Of a stretch of 44,004 nt of DNA, positions 10,306 to 20,170 are shown piece after piece. The notes beneath the pieces were generated by a model. The model was not told where the DNA came from. It saw only the letters and a list, made by a program, of their open reading frames with translations, and did no database searches. The stretch is from a virus (lineage: Duplodnaviria > Heunggongvirae > Uroviricota > Caudoviricetes), in IMG/VR virus record IMGVR_UViG_2579778670_000004; one strand, written 5' to 3'. The position numbers and the translations under genes are program-made. Each line of letters begins with the position of its first letter. Position 1 is the stretch's first letter.

Positions 10306-10807
10306 GTTCTGCGCCGATATCTGGTGCTATTCCGACGTATATATTTTTCAGGGTCCCCTGTGAGGGATAATCGAAAATATCTGGACCAACGCCTACAACC
10401 TGCGTGAACGACACGCACTGAACTGAATGCGAACCGACTGACTGCCCGTTTTTAATCCAGTCGCACGGTTCCGCGTCGCTGAATTTTGCCGGTTTAGTTC
10501 CGGGACCGAACATTCGCCCATTGATCCAGCTCGTCATATAGAGCGCTGCATTCTGCGATTTCAGTCCGTACTGATCAGCTGCAAATTCACGCAGCAAATA
10601 CAAATTACACGACAGCTCGACTGACTGAATTGAGCCTGGAACCGATTCGTCACTCTGTGACCAGTTGCTGATTTCCAGGAACAGAGCTGGCGTTTCAAAT
10701 CCAGCCGGAATTTCCGGATAAATTCCGAATGTTTTGATGAACGGTATTTGTAAAACCGCGCCTTTAACGCGATCAAGATATTCGTCAAATGCATCCAGTC
10801 CGCTCAT
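10271..10807 (-). CDS. Phage virion morphogenesis/tail completion protein (unassigned)
   Basis: 178-aa ORF between head and baseplate genes; no motif recognised. Confidence 0.3.
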   Translation of the reverse strand: MSGLDAFDEYLDRVKGAVLQIPFIKTFGIYPEIPAGFETPALFLEISNWSQSDESVPGSIQSVELSCNLYLLREFAADQYGLKSQNAALYMTSWINGRMFGPGTKPAKFSDAEPCDWIKNGQSVGSHSVQCVSFTQVVGVGPDIFDYPSQGTLKNIYVGIAPDIGAEHEGDYYGPIGR

Positions 10808-11484
10808 AATCGTTTACCTGTTTTTGGGTCTACGTGGACATTACCTTTCACGCGACCGCGCAAATCTTTCTCAAAAAAGCCCATAAAAACAGGGCCAATG
10901 TTTTCAAAAATATAATCATCGATAGCATCCTCCAGCGCGTCGTGCACAGGTACGCGAGCCTCTTCGATTCCTCCGCGATCCAGTCGAATCCAGACACTTT
11001 TCGCACCGTAGCGTTTCGCTACGAATGAATCGGGCCAACTCATCATCGCCAGCCCTGCACTTTTGGGTGTAAAAGTTGCCCCTCTAGCGCCTTTTTTGGT
11101 TTTCAAAAACAGGCCGGTCTCAAGATCGCGAGGCTGTTTTTGCCTCCGTGGATTTTGTAATCGCCCCTTTAGCTCAGATACCCGGAAATCATTCAGACCG
11201 TACCAGAGCTTGGCGCTGCTCAGGTCTCCTGCCCCTTCTTTTGTAAAATTACGGCGCTTAATGAACGGCTTGATTCGTTTATCTACGGCCTTATGATTTT
11301 TAGCTGCCAGTGCAGTCAAAATCATTCCTGCTGAAATTCGGTGCATATGTTTTGCAGTTCGGTTCAGCGCCCTGTTGTATACCATTAACATTTGATGTTG
11401 CGTCGCGCTGATTTCGACTCTGAGCTGCTCCAGCGCCGAAACATCGATATCGAACATCTGCGCGTTACTACGTAAATCGGCCAC
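10804..11484 (-). CDS. Phage virion morphogenesis protein (unassigned)
   Basis: 226-aa ORF in the head-tail junction region; start overlaps the downstream gene stop (translational coupling). Confidence 0.3.
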   Translation of the reverse strand: MADLRSNAQMFDIDVSALEQLRVEISATQHQMLMVYNRALNRTAKHMHRISAGMILTALAAKNHKAVDKRIKPFIKRRNFTKEGAGDLSSAKLWYGLNDFRVSELKGRLQNPRRQKQPRDLETGLFLKTKKGARGATFTPKSAGLAMMSWPDSFVAKRYGAKSVWIRLDRGGIEEARVPVHDALEDAIDDYIFENIGPVFMGFFEKDLRGRVKGNVHVDPKTGKRL

Positions 11485-11515
11485 GGTTCCCCCTTAAGTG
11501 GGACCGAGGTCCCAC

Positions 11516-11896
11516 TTAGTATTTTGAATACTCGCTGTTTTCGCTGGACGTGTGAGGCTCTAAAAAAATATTCGTGAGCCCTGTGCCATCAGGTTGAGGC
11601 TCTTTAACCACGTAATCGGTCCAGCCAGACCAGGTAACAGAGCCGTCAGGTTCGATGCTGCGCTGCTTTGGAACCTGGACGACGTCACGCGCAACAACGC
11701 CAGCGACGTCGTCCGAGAGCGCCGTCAGGCTCGTTACTGTACCGGTAATAAAACCAGCGTGAGGAACGTCAACGCGCGCGTAAGGCTCGTTGAAAATAGC
11801 GATAATGGGGTCGGTTTTACCGCGTAATTTAACGGGCCGTCCCCACTCACGGATCATCTCCTCGTCGCCGGCCCGGAGGTCATCGTAGTAGCTCAT
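11516..11896 (-). CDS. Head-tail joining region protein (unassigned)
   Basis: 126-aa ORF; position only. Confidence 0.3.
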   Translation of the reverse strand: MSYYDDLRAGDEEMIREWGRPVKLRGKTDPIIAIFNEPYARVDVPHAGFITGTVTSLTALSDDVAGVVARDVVQVPKQRSIEPDGSVTWSGWTDYVVKEPQPDGTGLTNIFLEPHTSSENSEYSKY

Positions 11897-12312
11897 AGAG
11901 CGTAAACGTGATCAGCTGCGATAAGGTCTGCGACCTCCGGTGAATCAACAACAATTTCACGGCCTGCGGCAACAATCTCGCGAACGCGACGCCCGTTCAC
12001 GTAGTGATAAACGTCCAGCGTGTTACGCAACTTGACGCGGCGCGTAGCCGGTGCGAGCTCCTGCTCTTGTGACTGTGAAACGATAGCGCTCGCGATTGAT
12101 TGAGCGAGTTCATTATCGGTCCCGGACGCAGTATTCACTGTAATCTCGATGCCTCCCGCGTCACCGGATTGCTCGTTCAGAATATCGAGCTCTGACTCAG
12201 CGCCGGCAACGATTGATTCCAGTTCCGCAATAGTCCCGCTGCGCGGTAATTCGCGACCGAGCTGAGCGCTCAGATCGTCAATACGCGCCAGCAATTCTGT
12301 TTTTGTGCTCAT
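11893..12312 (-). CDS. Head-proximal structural/packaging accessory protein (unassigned)
   Basis: 139-aa ORF directly downstream of the major capsid gene. Confidence 0.3.
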   Translation of the reverse strand: MSTKTELLARIDDLSAQLGRELPRSGTIAELESIVAGAESELDILNEQSGDAGGIEITVNTASGTDNELAQSIASAIVSQSQEQELAPATRRVKLRNTLDVYHYVNGRRVREIVAAGREIVVDSPEVADLIAADHVYAL

Positions 12313-12346
12313 GTTGATTCCTTAACAAAAAAGAGCCTTTCGACTC

Positions 12347-13381
12347 TTACGCGATTTTTACGACAACGAACGCGTCGGCGTCCGTGAGGACCATTGCTGG
12401 CGCGGATTGCGTCATTGTTTGCGTCACTGCCGGATCACCGGTAGTGGTCCAGACTTTTGGATAGCGCGTCGCTTCGGAAATACCCTCTTTCAGCGCGTCT
12501 TCGTCCTGAATTGCGCCATAAGTGCGGAGCCCGCGGTTTTTTGTGTTGCCAAGGATCATCGTGTTATCCGGCATATAACGCGTTTCAGTGTCTGTTACCG
12601 GGTCGAGGTATTGCCCTTTGTAGACAAACAGCGCAGTGTCGCCGTAGTAGCCTTTAAAGCTGACAACGTCGCCCAGGTTTTTCAGCGCGACCTCGAGCTG
12701 GCTGTTTGAGCCACGGCGCGTATCCAGTGCCGTCCAGAATTTTTTAAAACGCTTCAACTGCTTCCAGGCTTTACCATCCATGATGATCACGTTAACCGCA
12801 CCGGAGGCGAGGTCCGCGTAGGATTCAATATCGTCGCTCGGGTCATACGTTTCCGCGTCCTGAGTCGACCAGGCTGTCGAACCGGACTGAGTGACGTTAT
12901 TCGTCGCGCTGCGGCTCATGTCGATCTCATAGGTCTCGATATTGCTGCCGGAAACAGTGTATTTACCGTACAGAACAGCCTGTACCGCCTGGAACTCTTC
13001 GAGCTGGCTGATGCTCAGTTCCTCATCAAGCAGGTTCTGCATGATGATTTTTGCACGACGTTCGACCGGCGTTTCCGGCTGGCCAATCTGCTCACCGGCT
13101 GCGCGCTTGATGCTCATATTCGGATTGATCGTGTGCTTGGGTTTCGTGTAACCCGGTTTGAAATGGTTCGTTGAATAGCCGCGAGTGCGGTCAACTTTGC
13201 CGGTGATCATCGGCGCGCAGTACACGGCCATGTTCACTTTTCCCGGGATTTTATCCAGAAAAACCTCTTCGCTCGTAAACGTGTAGGTCTCACGGAAAAA
13301 CAGCTTTAAAAACAACGGATTGAACTTAAATACCTGCTGTGTCGCGGTAATCAGTTCTGACGTAGTAAACGAATCGCTCAT
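12347..13381 (-). CDS. Major capsid protein (lambda gpE family)
   Basis: 344-aa ORF with extended similarity to lambda gpE as remembered (FKF.PLFL.LFFRE...LPDNTM.LGNT..RGLRTYG.IQD). Confidence 0.85.
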   Translation of the reverse strand: MSDSFTTSELITATQQVFKFNPLFLKLFFRETYTFTSEEVFLDKIPGKVNMAVYCAPMITGKVDRTRGYSTNHFKPGYTKPKHTINPNMSIKRAAGEQIGQPETPVERRAKIIMQNLLDEELSISQLEEFQAVQAVLYGKYTVSGSNIETYEIDMSRSATNNVTQSGSTAWSTQDAETYDPSDDIESYADLASGAVNVIIMDGKAWKQLKRFKKFWTALDTRRGSNSQLEVALKNLGDVVSFKGYYGDTALFVYKGQYLDPVTDTETRYMPDNTMILGNTKNRGLRTYGAIQDEDALKEGISEATRYPKVWTTTGDPAVTQTMTQSAPAMVLTDADAFVVVKIA

Positions 13382-13439
13382 TTATATATCCTGTTATAAA
13401 AAAACCGCCCGGAGGCGGCTTGTTTTGAGTTTTTTGCTA

Positions 13440-13769
13440 TCAGCCGACGCTGATCGGCGTACCCGCAAATGCTGATTTGCGTTTAGCTACGTCGGTAACC
13501 GTACCCCAGTTAATCGCCGTGTAACGGAACGAGCCTGATTTATAGTACGAGCAGTCTGCAGAACTGGAGCCAGTATTAACTGCGGTGGCAGTGAGGCCAA
13601 TAGCTTTACCGACTGAGCCGTCCCAAACCTTAAACGTCCCGACAGTAGCGTCGAGCATAATCGGTGTCAGCCGGGGTACGTTGATCCCGCCCTGAAAATG
13701 ACCGACGGTCGTGACAACAAGGTCAGGCCCAAGAATAAAATCGTCCGGGCTATACGTTTCTGTAGTCAT
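13440..13769 (-). CDS. Head decoration protein (lambda gpD-like)
   Basis: 109-aa ORF between protease and capsid genes; C-terminal KRKSAFAGTPISV resembles lambda D. Confidence 0.7.
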   Translation of the reverse strand: MTTETYSPDDFILGPDLVVTTVGHFQGGINVPRLTPIMLDATVGTFKVWDGSVGKAIGLTATAVNTGSSSADCSYYKSGSFRYTAINWGTVTDVAKRKSAFAGTPISVG

Positions 13770-15076
13770 TATTCATCCCCTAAAATTGAACGCCCTGCAG
13801 CAACCAGCATCGAGACGTTTGCGGTTGTTCCTGTTGCCGTAGTACTGCCAGCATCCTGAATAGTCGCTGGTGATTCAGTGCTCATTAGTGTATCGAGCGC
13901 CGTTTCTGTCCGCGCCTGCGCCGTTTTAGGTGCTGCAGCGAGGACTACCTGCGCCTGCCCGACCGTCATCCCGGGGACGCCAGCGAGCGCTTTTGCCTGC
14001 GCCTCGCGCCCAACAGCTTCGGGACAATTGATGATGGCCATCACACGCGCCAGTTCGCTTGATGCGGCGTCCGCGCGAATCTGCTCCGTGTTAAACTCAA
14101 CCTGCGCGACAGTAGTCGTGGTCGCGGTTTGTTCTGTGGTCGTGGTCTCCGCCGTGGTTTCTGTACCAGACATAAAGCGCTCCATTTTTGGTTTCAGTGC
14201 GTCGGCCATCACTGCGATAGCGTCCGCGTAATTAACGAGTTGATCAGCGAGACCAGATTTAATCGCGTCCGCGCCGATAAATACTGCAGCTTCCGTGGCC
14301 AGCACCCTGGATTTTTTCAGCCCGGTATAATCCGAGACTTTTTGCGCGAACTGCTCGCGCGTGCTGTTAATACTCAGCTGGAATTCGTCGCGAACGTCGC
14401 CTGGCAGCTGGGAATACGGGTTCCCGTCAACTTTGTGCGCGCCGGCGTAAATCAGCGTCACGTCGACGCCAGCAATCTCCAGCGCTTTTTCGACGCAGCG
14501 GTGAGCCATCAGGACACCGATTGAACCAACTGTGCCTGTCTGCGTTATCAGCCGGCGCGAACACGCTGACGCCAGCAAATAGGCAGCGCTGCAGGCCGTA
14601 TCGCTGGCCAGCGCCCACACAGGTTTTTGCTCTCGCGCCCGGGCGATTAAATCAGCAGTATCAAACGCGCCGGCGACTTCACCGCCAGGGGAGTCAATAT
14701 CAAGCAGGACCCCTCTTACATCGGGATCAGAAATCGCCTGCTGCAGGCGTTTTGCGATTCCGTTGTAACCGCTCATCCCGCTAACTGGGTTGATATAACC
14801 CAATTTATGAACCAGCGTCCCGGTAACCGGCAGAACGGCTATACCACGCTCCACGCGATACGATTTCTGGCGTGTTCGCTCGCTGCTGTCCCACCCCATC
14901 GCGAGCGCGTTCATTTCGTCGCTGTTCATTACCTCTCCAGACGCTGTATCAATCAGTCGCCCGGTACCGAACCGGTCGCTCAGCGCCGAAAAAAATACCC
15001 GCGCGTAGGTGGGCTCCAGCAAAAGCGGTTGATTGAACGCCCTGGCGGCGAGGTGCGGAAAATTGTTCCACGGCAT
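13769..15076 (-). CDS. Prohead protease/minor capsid protein C (S49 peptidase family, lambda gpC-like)
   Basis: 435-aa ORF following the portal gene; Ala/Thr-rich C-terminal region typical of a nested scaffold domain. Confidence 0.7.
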   Translation of the reverse strand: MPWNNFPHLAARAFNQPLLLEPTYARVFFSALSDRFGTGRLIDTASGEVMNSDEMNALAMGWDSSERTRQKSYRVERGIAVLPVTGTLVHKLGYINPVSGMSGYNGIAKRLQQAISDPDVRGVLLDIDSPGGEVAGAFDTADLIARAREQKPVWALASDTACSAAYLLASACSRRLITQTGTVGSIGVLMAHRCVEKALEIAGVDVTLIYAGAHKVDGNPYSQLPGDVRDEFQLSINSTREQFAQKVSDYTGLKKSRVLATEAAVFIGADAIKSGLADQLVNYADAIAVMADALKPKMERFMSGTETTAETTTTEQTATTTTVAQVEFNTEQIRADAASSELARVMAIINCPEAVGREAQAKALAGVPGMTVGQAQVVLAAAPKTAQARTETALDTLMSTESPATIQDAGSTTATGTTANVSMLVAAGRSILGDE

Positions 15077-16650
15077 CAGTTACCTCCCCAGCCGTTATCG
15101 TTGGTATTTGAGGGGTGAGATACAGACCATGACGGTTCGCTCAGCCCCATTTCACGCCGGCGCTGAATTTCGTATTCCTGCTGCTCCATAACCTCCTCGT
15201 AATCCTGTCCCTGCAGCGCCAGTTCGTTCTGATACGTGCTGAGGCCAGTTGTGATGCGCATGGCGCTCTCCTGAACCTCTTTCAGCCCATCAATCGCCAT
15301 GCGACCAGCGCCGATCCAGAGCGCGTTCGTCCAGGAGTTCCGCGCCTCATAAAACGACCGGACAGCTGAGCGTGGCAGGGTGATAATTCCGCGTGCCAGC
15401 GCCTCTTCAAACCAGCAGCAGAACATCAGCGACGCCTGTCGCGCGGCGATAAAACGTCGACGCCCCATGAAAAATCGCCAGCTGACGTTAGCACTGGCCC
15501 GGGCGCTGGAGTAACTGACCTGGCTGTAGTCCCGGCTAAGTTCTTCGTATGACGCGCCAACGCCAGCTGCAACGTAACGCAGGAGTGATTTTTCCAGTGA
15601 ACTAAAACCAGCATCAGCATTCTGAGCGGTCTGTAAACTGAGTTTGTCGCCGGGATGCAGGTGGGGAACTTTCACACCACCGAGCTTGATATTTGCGCCG
15701 TTGTAGTACGTCACGTAACTCTGAATAAACGAATTCAGCGGGTTCGAGTCGATATCAGTACCCGCGCCGGCGATATATTCAAACGCCTGCTGGCTGTCGA
15801 GCTCTGATTCGATTGTCGCGGCATACATCGCCTTCACAATGGCGCTCTGCAGTTGTGTTTGCTGCAGTGTGTCGAGCATTTTCAGGCGCTCCATGACGCT
15901 GTAAAAAATATTGTCCCCGCGGGTCTGTCCGTCCTCGAGCGGCTCGAATATGTGGATGAATGCGTGTCTGCCGCTGCTGAGCTGTGCTGGGATACGCCGG
16001 CATTTACCGACTCCGCCGAGAGGGTAAGTATCCTCGGCTATCCAGTACCCGACCGCGGCCCCGTTTTTATCGATATCAACACCGGCGCGGCGAAATTGAG
16101 TGTCAGCTGCGTAACCCGGATTTCGAATCCGTTTCGGTGAGACCATTTTGAATCGCGTCCGAAAAACGCTGCCGGCACTACTCTCCCAGACTGGTTGTAC
16201 GCAGGTTTCACCGTTGAAAGCGTGAGTAGCCACGCCCTCGCGGATCATCATTGTGAACGTCCGTTTCCGCTCGATATCAATCGTGCAGTGAGGGTCCTCG
16301 GCGTATTCAGTCCACGCTACCTCGACGTCACGCGCCAGCGCCCTGGCGTCCTCGCGAGATATGCCGAGGTAACGCCAGTTAGGGCGATAACTCAACTTAA
16401 ACAGATTGCCGACGATATGATCCTGGTGCAGCTGCACGGCGTTCGACGCGACGCCGTTATTGCGAACGAGATCGTCTGCTCGCGCGTTACCGCGATAAAA
16501 ATTCGGCAACAGTGCTGCGTCGGCGCTCTGCTGTGGTGCGTTCCAGTCAATCAGCTGGCCACCGAAACCGGGACCGCCGCCGTTATACCCCGCGTAACGG
16601 CGTAGTGGCGTTTTACCGTCAGGCCCGAGCAGCTGCTGCGGAGCAGTCAT
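15076..16650 (-). CDS. Portal protein (lambda gpB family)
   Basis: 524-aa ORF with long stretches resembling lambda B (LLGPDG...YAGY.GGG.GFGGQL; TFTMMIREGVA.HAFNGE). Confidence 0.85.
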   Translation of the reverse strand: MTAPQQLLGPDGKTPLRRYAGYNGGGPGFGGQLIDWNAPQQSADAALLPNFYRGNARADDLVRNNGVASNAVQLHQDHIVGNLFKLSYRPNWRYLGISREDARALARDVEVAWTEYAEDPHCTIDIERKRTFTMMIREGVATHAFNGETCVQPVWESSAGSVFRTRFKMVSPKRIRNPGYAADTQFRRAGVDIDKNGAAVGYWIAEDTYPLGGVGKCRRIPAQLSSGRHAFIHIFEPLEDGQTRGDNIFYSVMERLKMLDTLQQTQLQSAIVKAMYAATIESELDSQQAFEYIAGAGTDIDSNPLNSFIQSYVTYYNGANIKLGGVKVPHLHPGDKLSLQTAQNADAGFSSLEKSLLRYVAAGVGASYEELSRDYSQVSYSSARASANVSWRFFMGRRRFIAARQASLMFCCWFEEALARGIITLPRSAVRSFYEARNSWTNALWIGAGRMAIDGLKEVQESAMRITTGLSTYQNELALQGQDYEEVMEQQEYEIQRRREMGLSEPSWSVSHPSNTNDNGWGGN

Positions 16651-16880
16651 AATCGAACTCCCACGGGCCGACGGCGTCCCGTACTCAGACCGAGCTGTGA
16701 TTTCAGCTCGATAATGTACGTTCGGAGCTGCTCAATACTCGCCTGCGAGTATTGATAGCTCCGGTTATTTCCTGCTGAATCGCCGTGAGACAGCGACACG
16801 GTCGATTTACCCGTTAATAATTTGTGCAGAGCGATTTCCGCTTCCAGCAGTCGTTCTGTTAAAACCTCGCGCGACGTCAT
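16647..16880 (-). CDS. Head-tail joining protein gpW
   Basis: 77-aa ORF between terminase and portal; pattern like lambda W. Confidence 0.6.
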   Translation of the reverse strand: MTSREVLTERLLEAEIALHKLLTGKSTVSLSHGDSAGNNRSYQYSQASIEQLRTYIIELKSQLGLSTGRRRPVGVRL

Positions 16881-18841
16881 TAGCTCCCTCCGAGCATTCT
16901 GGCCATCTCCTCGAGAGACAGTTTGTTTTGTGATTTTTTCCGTTGCTCAGCGAGCGTCTCGAGATTGAGCTGGAAACGAATTTTACTGATACGCAGCGCT
17001 GCCAGTCCGTACACCCAGCAGTCGAGCGCCTCATTTCGCCGGCCCTGGTTGTCCCAACGATAAACGACGCGACCGTTAATGAGTTTCGGGATCAGAACCT
17101 CGGAGACGAGCTGTTTTGCCTCTGTCGTGCTGAATATTTCGTCGTCGTTGGGAAAATGAATCGCACCTGGTGTCGCCGATTTGGAGTCGGGTTCCAGCTG
17201 CAGGCGCATTGCGAGCAGGTCTTTCGCTGTATCTGTCCCAATCAACGACAAATACACTTTATTCGCGTTACGGGTACGAGGCATATTTACGACCGGCTGG
17301 CCGTATGAGCTCGCGCCCTTGATTGGAATGACCCACAGCGGACCGAGTTTCAGCGAGCGGTTATAAACGACCTGCGCATCTATACCACCGGTATCCCACG
17401 CCCAGCGACTGACGCCGATTGTGGTCCCGTCGCTGCGCCGGTATTGTTTGCGAATCACTCCGTCGACGCGCTGCAGCGTGTCCTCCTCGTCGTAGCGACC
17501 GAGGACGATTGTTTTATCAATCAGCCAGCACTCCTCCTCGGCTCCCCAGCCCCACACATAACACTCGTAGCGCCCGGACGTCTGAGAGTCGATGCCGCCG
17601 GTTATATAAACAACACCGTCAGGAACCTGGCTGGCGTATTTTTCCCGGCGATTAACCAGAATATCGTGCTCCAGCTGCTCGCTGGCCACGTCGCTCCAGA
17701 GTTCGCCGAGCGTCGTGTTATGAAACGTCTTTTCCTTGAGCGGGTCGCCTTTCGCTTTCAGCCACTCGCTGACAATCTCGCCCCATCCATCGAGGTTTAG
17801 TGAATACAGGGCGTTTATCACGATCGCAGCGTGTTTCGGCGCGCGAACGACGCCACCGTCATGATCAAAAAAATGAATGCCGTCTCGGGTCCAGGTGCAG
17901 TCCTCGGCTATCCAGCGCCCCCCGAACTCCATTTTTTCGAGATCGCGATAGTAAAAATGTTCCGGGCAGTGGCAGCACTGGTAATACGCGGACGACGATT
18001 TCGCCTCATTGGTCTGCAGGCTGTTATCCCATTTGAGGCCGTATTCGATACCGTCGAAACCAAATACCAGGACCTGCTCCTCGCCACAATGCGGACATGT
18101 CAGGTAAAAACGAAACGTCAGATCGGCAGCGTCTTCGAGCATTTCGATATGACTTTTGCCGGTAACGGTCGGCGTCGAACCAAAAATCGCCTTCGGGTAC
18201 GCTGCCCCTTTAATTCGAACGAGCGCCAGTTCGATGGGCGAGCCCTCGCCTTTGCCTTTTTTGGCAACTTCCAGCGGCCAGCCGTCAACTTCGTCACCCT
18301 CGACAACCTGTTTCGTTAGTCGCCGGAAATTTCCTGGTGCACTCGCGCCGCGAAAATCAAGAATCGCGCCGCTCATTTCTTTACGCTGGAGATTGTTACG
18401 CTCGTTGCTTTTATCCCAGTCGGGGAAAATTTTCTGAATCACTGGCATTTCGGCGATAGCGGGGTCAACCTCGTCGGCGACAAATCCATCCGATTCGTCA
18501 TCGATAGGCTGATAGACCACGGCACTACGTTTTTTGTGCTCAGCGAAATAGAGCAGCGCCGCGACGAGTATTTTTGTATAACCGAGACGAGCTGATTTGC
18601 GAACAGACACGATTTTTATCGCGTCGTTCGTCATCATATTGAGCATCACTACCTGGACCGGCTGAGTCGTCCAGTGCCCAGCGATGTGGCTGGAGCCCTC
18701 AGGGAGATAAAAATATTTATCAGCCCACTCAACACCCGTCATCGGTATCGTCACGCGCAAGGGATTCAACCCTGTCGAGATCGCGTTCGATATCGCTGAC
18801 ATCGTAATCGCTGAAGTCGATTCGTATGTCTGACAACTCAT
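16880..18841 (-). CDS. Terminase large subunit (lambda gpA family)
   Basis: 653-aa ORF; VEWADKYFYLP and CPHCGEEQ motifs as in lambda A. True start may be the internal Met near 18742, which removes most of the overlap with the small subunit. Confidence 0.9.
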   Translation of the reverse strand: MSCQTYESTSAITMSAISNAISTGLNPLRVTIPMTGVEWADKYFYLPEGSSHIAGHWTTQPVQVVMLNMMTNDAIKIVSVRKSARLGYTKILVAALLYFAEHKKRSAVVYQPIDDESDGFVADEVDPAIAEMPVIQKIFPDWDKSNERNNLQRKEMSGAILDFRGASAPGNFRRLTKQVVEGDEVDGWPLEVAKKGKGEGSPIELALVRIKGAAYPKAIFGSTPTVTGKSHIEMLEDAADLTFRFYLTCPHCGEEQVLVFGFDGIEYGLKWDNSLQTNEAKSSSAYYQCCHCPEHFYYRDLEKMEFGGRWIAEDCTWTRDGIHFFDHDGGVVRAPKHAAIVINALYSLNLDGWGEIVSEWLKAKGDPLKEKTFHNTTLGELWSDVASEQLEHDILVNRREKYASQVPDGVVYITGGIDSQTSGRYECYVWGWGAEEECWLIDKTIVLGRYDEEDTLQRVDGVIRKQYRRSDGTTIGVSRWAWDTGGIDAQVVYNRSLKLGPLWVIPIKGASSYGQPVVNMPRTRNANKVYLSLIGTDTAKDLLAMRLQLEPDSKSATPGAIHFPNDDEIFSTTEAKQLVSEVLIPKLINGRVVYRWDNQGRRNEALDCWVYGLAALRISKIRFQLNLETLAEQRKKSQNKLSLEEMARMLGGS

Positions 18842-19295
18842 TTAAGGCTATCGCCAGCTCCTCTCGTAATACACTGCTCGCCTCTTGCGGCATCTCCGGC
18901 CAGACCTTTTTCAGGCGTGGTGGCCACGACTCGACGCGGGTACGTAATTCAACGGCGACGCGAGATACAGCGACGCTAATTAATTCAATTGGCGCGTAGC
19001 GTTTAGCGAGAATGCGGCGTTTTACTCGTGCCATCAGGATTCGCTCCTGTCGTTCCTCATTTTTCAGCCACTGCTCGCGATTTTTTTCGGGAGAATTGTC
19101 CCCCGCTTCCGGTTCGTCATTACTAGTTGTGTCGCGTCTATTGCTCCGGAGATAACGAATATAAAAATGGCGCCATGCGTCTAGCTCCCAATCACCACGT
19201 CCTTGTGGGACTGGTGCTCCCGGAAGTTTTGCGAGATCGCGCAGACGACGATCAGATAGCAGTAAATGTGCTGCAACCTCAGCCTGACTTGCCAT
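18729..19295 (-). CDS. Terminase small subunit (Nu1-like), putative
   Basis: 188-aa ORF immediately upstream of and overlapping the large terminase; acidic C-terminus. Confidence 0.45.
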   Translation of the reverse strand: MASQAEVAAHLLLSDRRLRDLAKLPGAPVPQGRGDWELDAWRHFYIRYLRSNRRDTTSNDEPEAGDNSPEKNREQWLKNEERQERILMARVKRRILAKRYAPIELISVAVSRVAVELRTRVESWPPRLKKVWPEMPQEASSVLREELAIALNELSDIRIDFSDYDVSDIERDLDRVESLARDDTDDGC

Positions 19296-19648
19296 TAAAA
19301 ATCCTCACCGGAACCGGAAATACCCAAAATGAAAAAATACTAAAAACGAGCGAGTTTTTGCGCGTCTACCGACCCTCGGTGTTTTGGATTTCGGAAAGGA
19401 CCCGCGACCAGGGGGCTATCTCCCTTTCAGGACAGGAATTAGGGGCTCGCATCAGGTTCATCAAACTCAACTGTAGCCTCGCGGCGTACTTGTTTGCATA
19501 CATCAGCTTTGTGTATCTGATTATCAGCGTAAGCTTTCACTTTGGCAGCGAGCCATCCTTTTGTGCTGTATCGATAGACTACCGAACAAGTTTTCCATAT
19601 ATGTATATATCTTGAACTTATTGATATCATTACAGAAAAACAACAACC

Positions 19649-19909
19649 ATGAGAACGCAAAAAATGAACAGAGAAAAAATTGAAGCCTTAATGAGCGTAA
19701 TATTAAAAGAAGCTGACCCAAAAAAGTTTCCTGAGAAGTTATCAGAGGACGCCATCGTATCTTTTTATCGTGCGAACTCCTCTTATCTAAATTGTTCAAC
19801 TTTAAGAGAATGGCTAAGCGGCGAAGCAGAGCCTTCAGATGAGATACTTCAGAAGATTATGGTTCAGAACAACTGGCGCGCAACAAAATGGTCAAATCAG
19901 TTACCTTAA
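19649..19909 (+). CDS. Hypothetical protein (opposite-strand moron between lysis cassette and cos)
   Basis: 86-aa ORF on the opposite strand to all flanking phage genes, in an AT-rich segment; occupies the position held by bor in lambda but has no lipoprotein signal. Confidence 0.35.
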   Translation: MRTQKMNREKIEALMSVILKEADPKKFPEKLSEDAIVSFYRANSSYLNCSTLREWLSGEAEPSDEILQKIMVQNNWRATKWSNQLP

Positions 19910-19968
19910 TCTGTTGAATGTGTGCCGCCTTAAAACAAAAAGGCGGCCTCTCGTTAAAGTAAATTACC

Positions 19969-20163
19969 CTATTTTCCACCAAGGCATGAAGCCTCTGCCC
20001 CGGTTGAATCAATACAACCACCGTTCGCAGTAGTAATCTTCGTACCCGGCGCGATCATCACGTGTTTAATACTGCTGCCGTCAGCGCGAGTCGCTTCGGT
20101 GTATGTCGAATGTGTGCAGCCTGCCAGCGTGAAGAACGCGACAGCTAAGAGAAGTTTTTTCAC
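19969..20163 (-). CDS. Small lipoprotein (lysis-cassette associated; possible o-spanin-like)
   Basis: 64-aa ORF with signal peptide and lipobox LAGC, GTG start, directly downstream of the endolysin gene. Confidence 0.4.
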   Translation of the reverse strand: MKKLLLAVAFFTLAGCTHSTYTEATRADGSSIKHVMIAPGTKITTANGGCIDSTGAEASCLGGK

Positions 20164-20170
20164 GTTTTAC

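Noticed and set aside
13878-15118. Plus-strand ORFs of 87..131 aa overlapping the protease and portal genes
   Set aside because: Antisense to well-supported head genes; Arg/Ala-rich composition typical of GC-rich noise.
17419-18437. Several 60..160-aa plus-strand ORFs inside the terminase gene
   Set aside because: Antisense to a strongly supported lambda gpA homologue in GC-rich DNA; typical chance ORFs.
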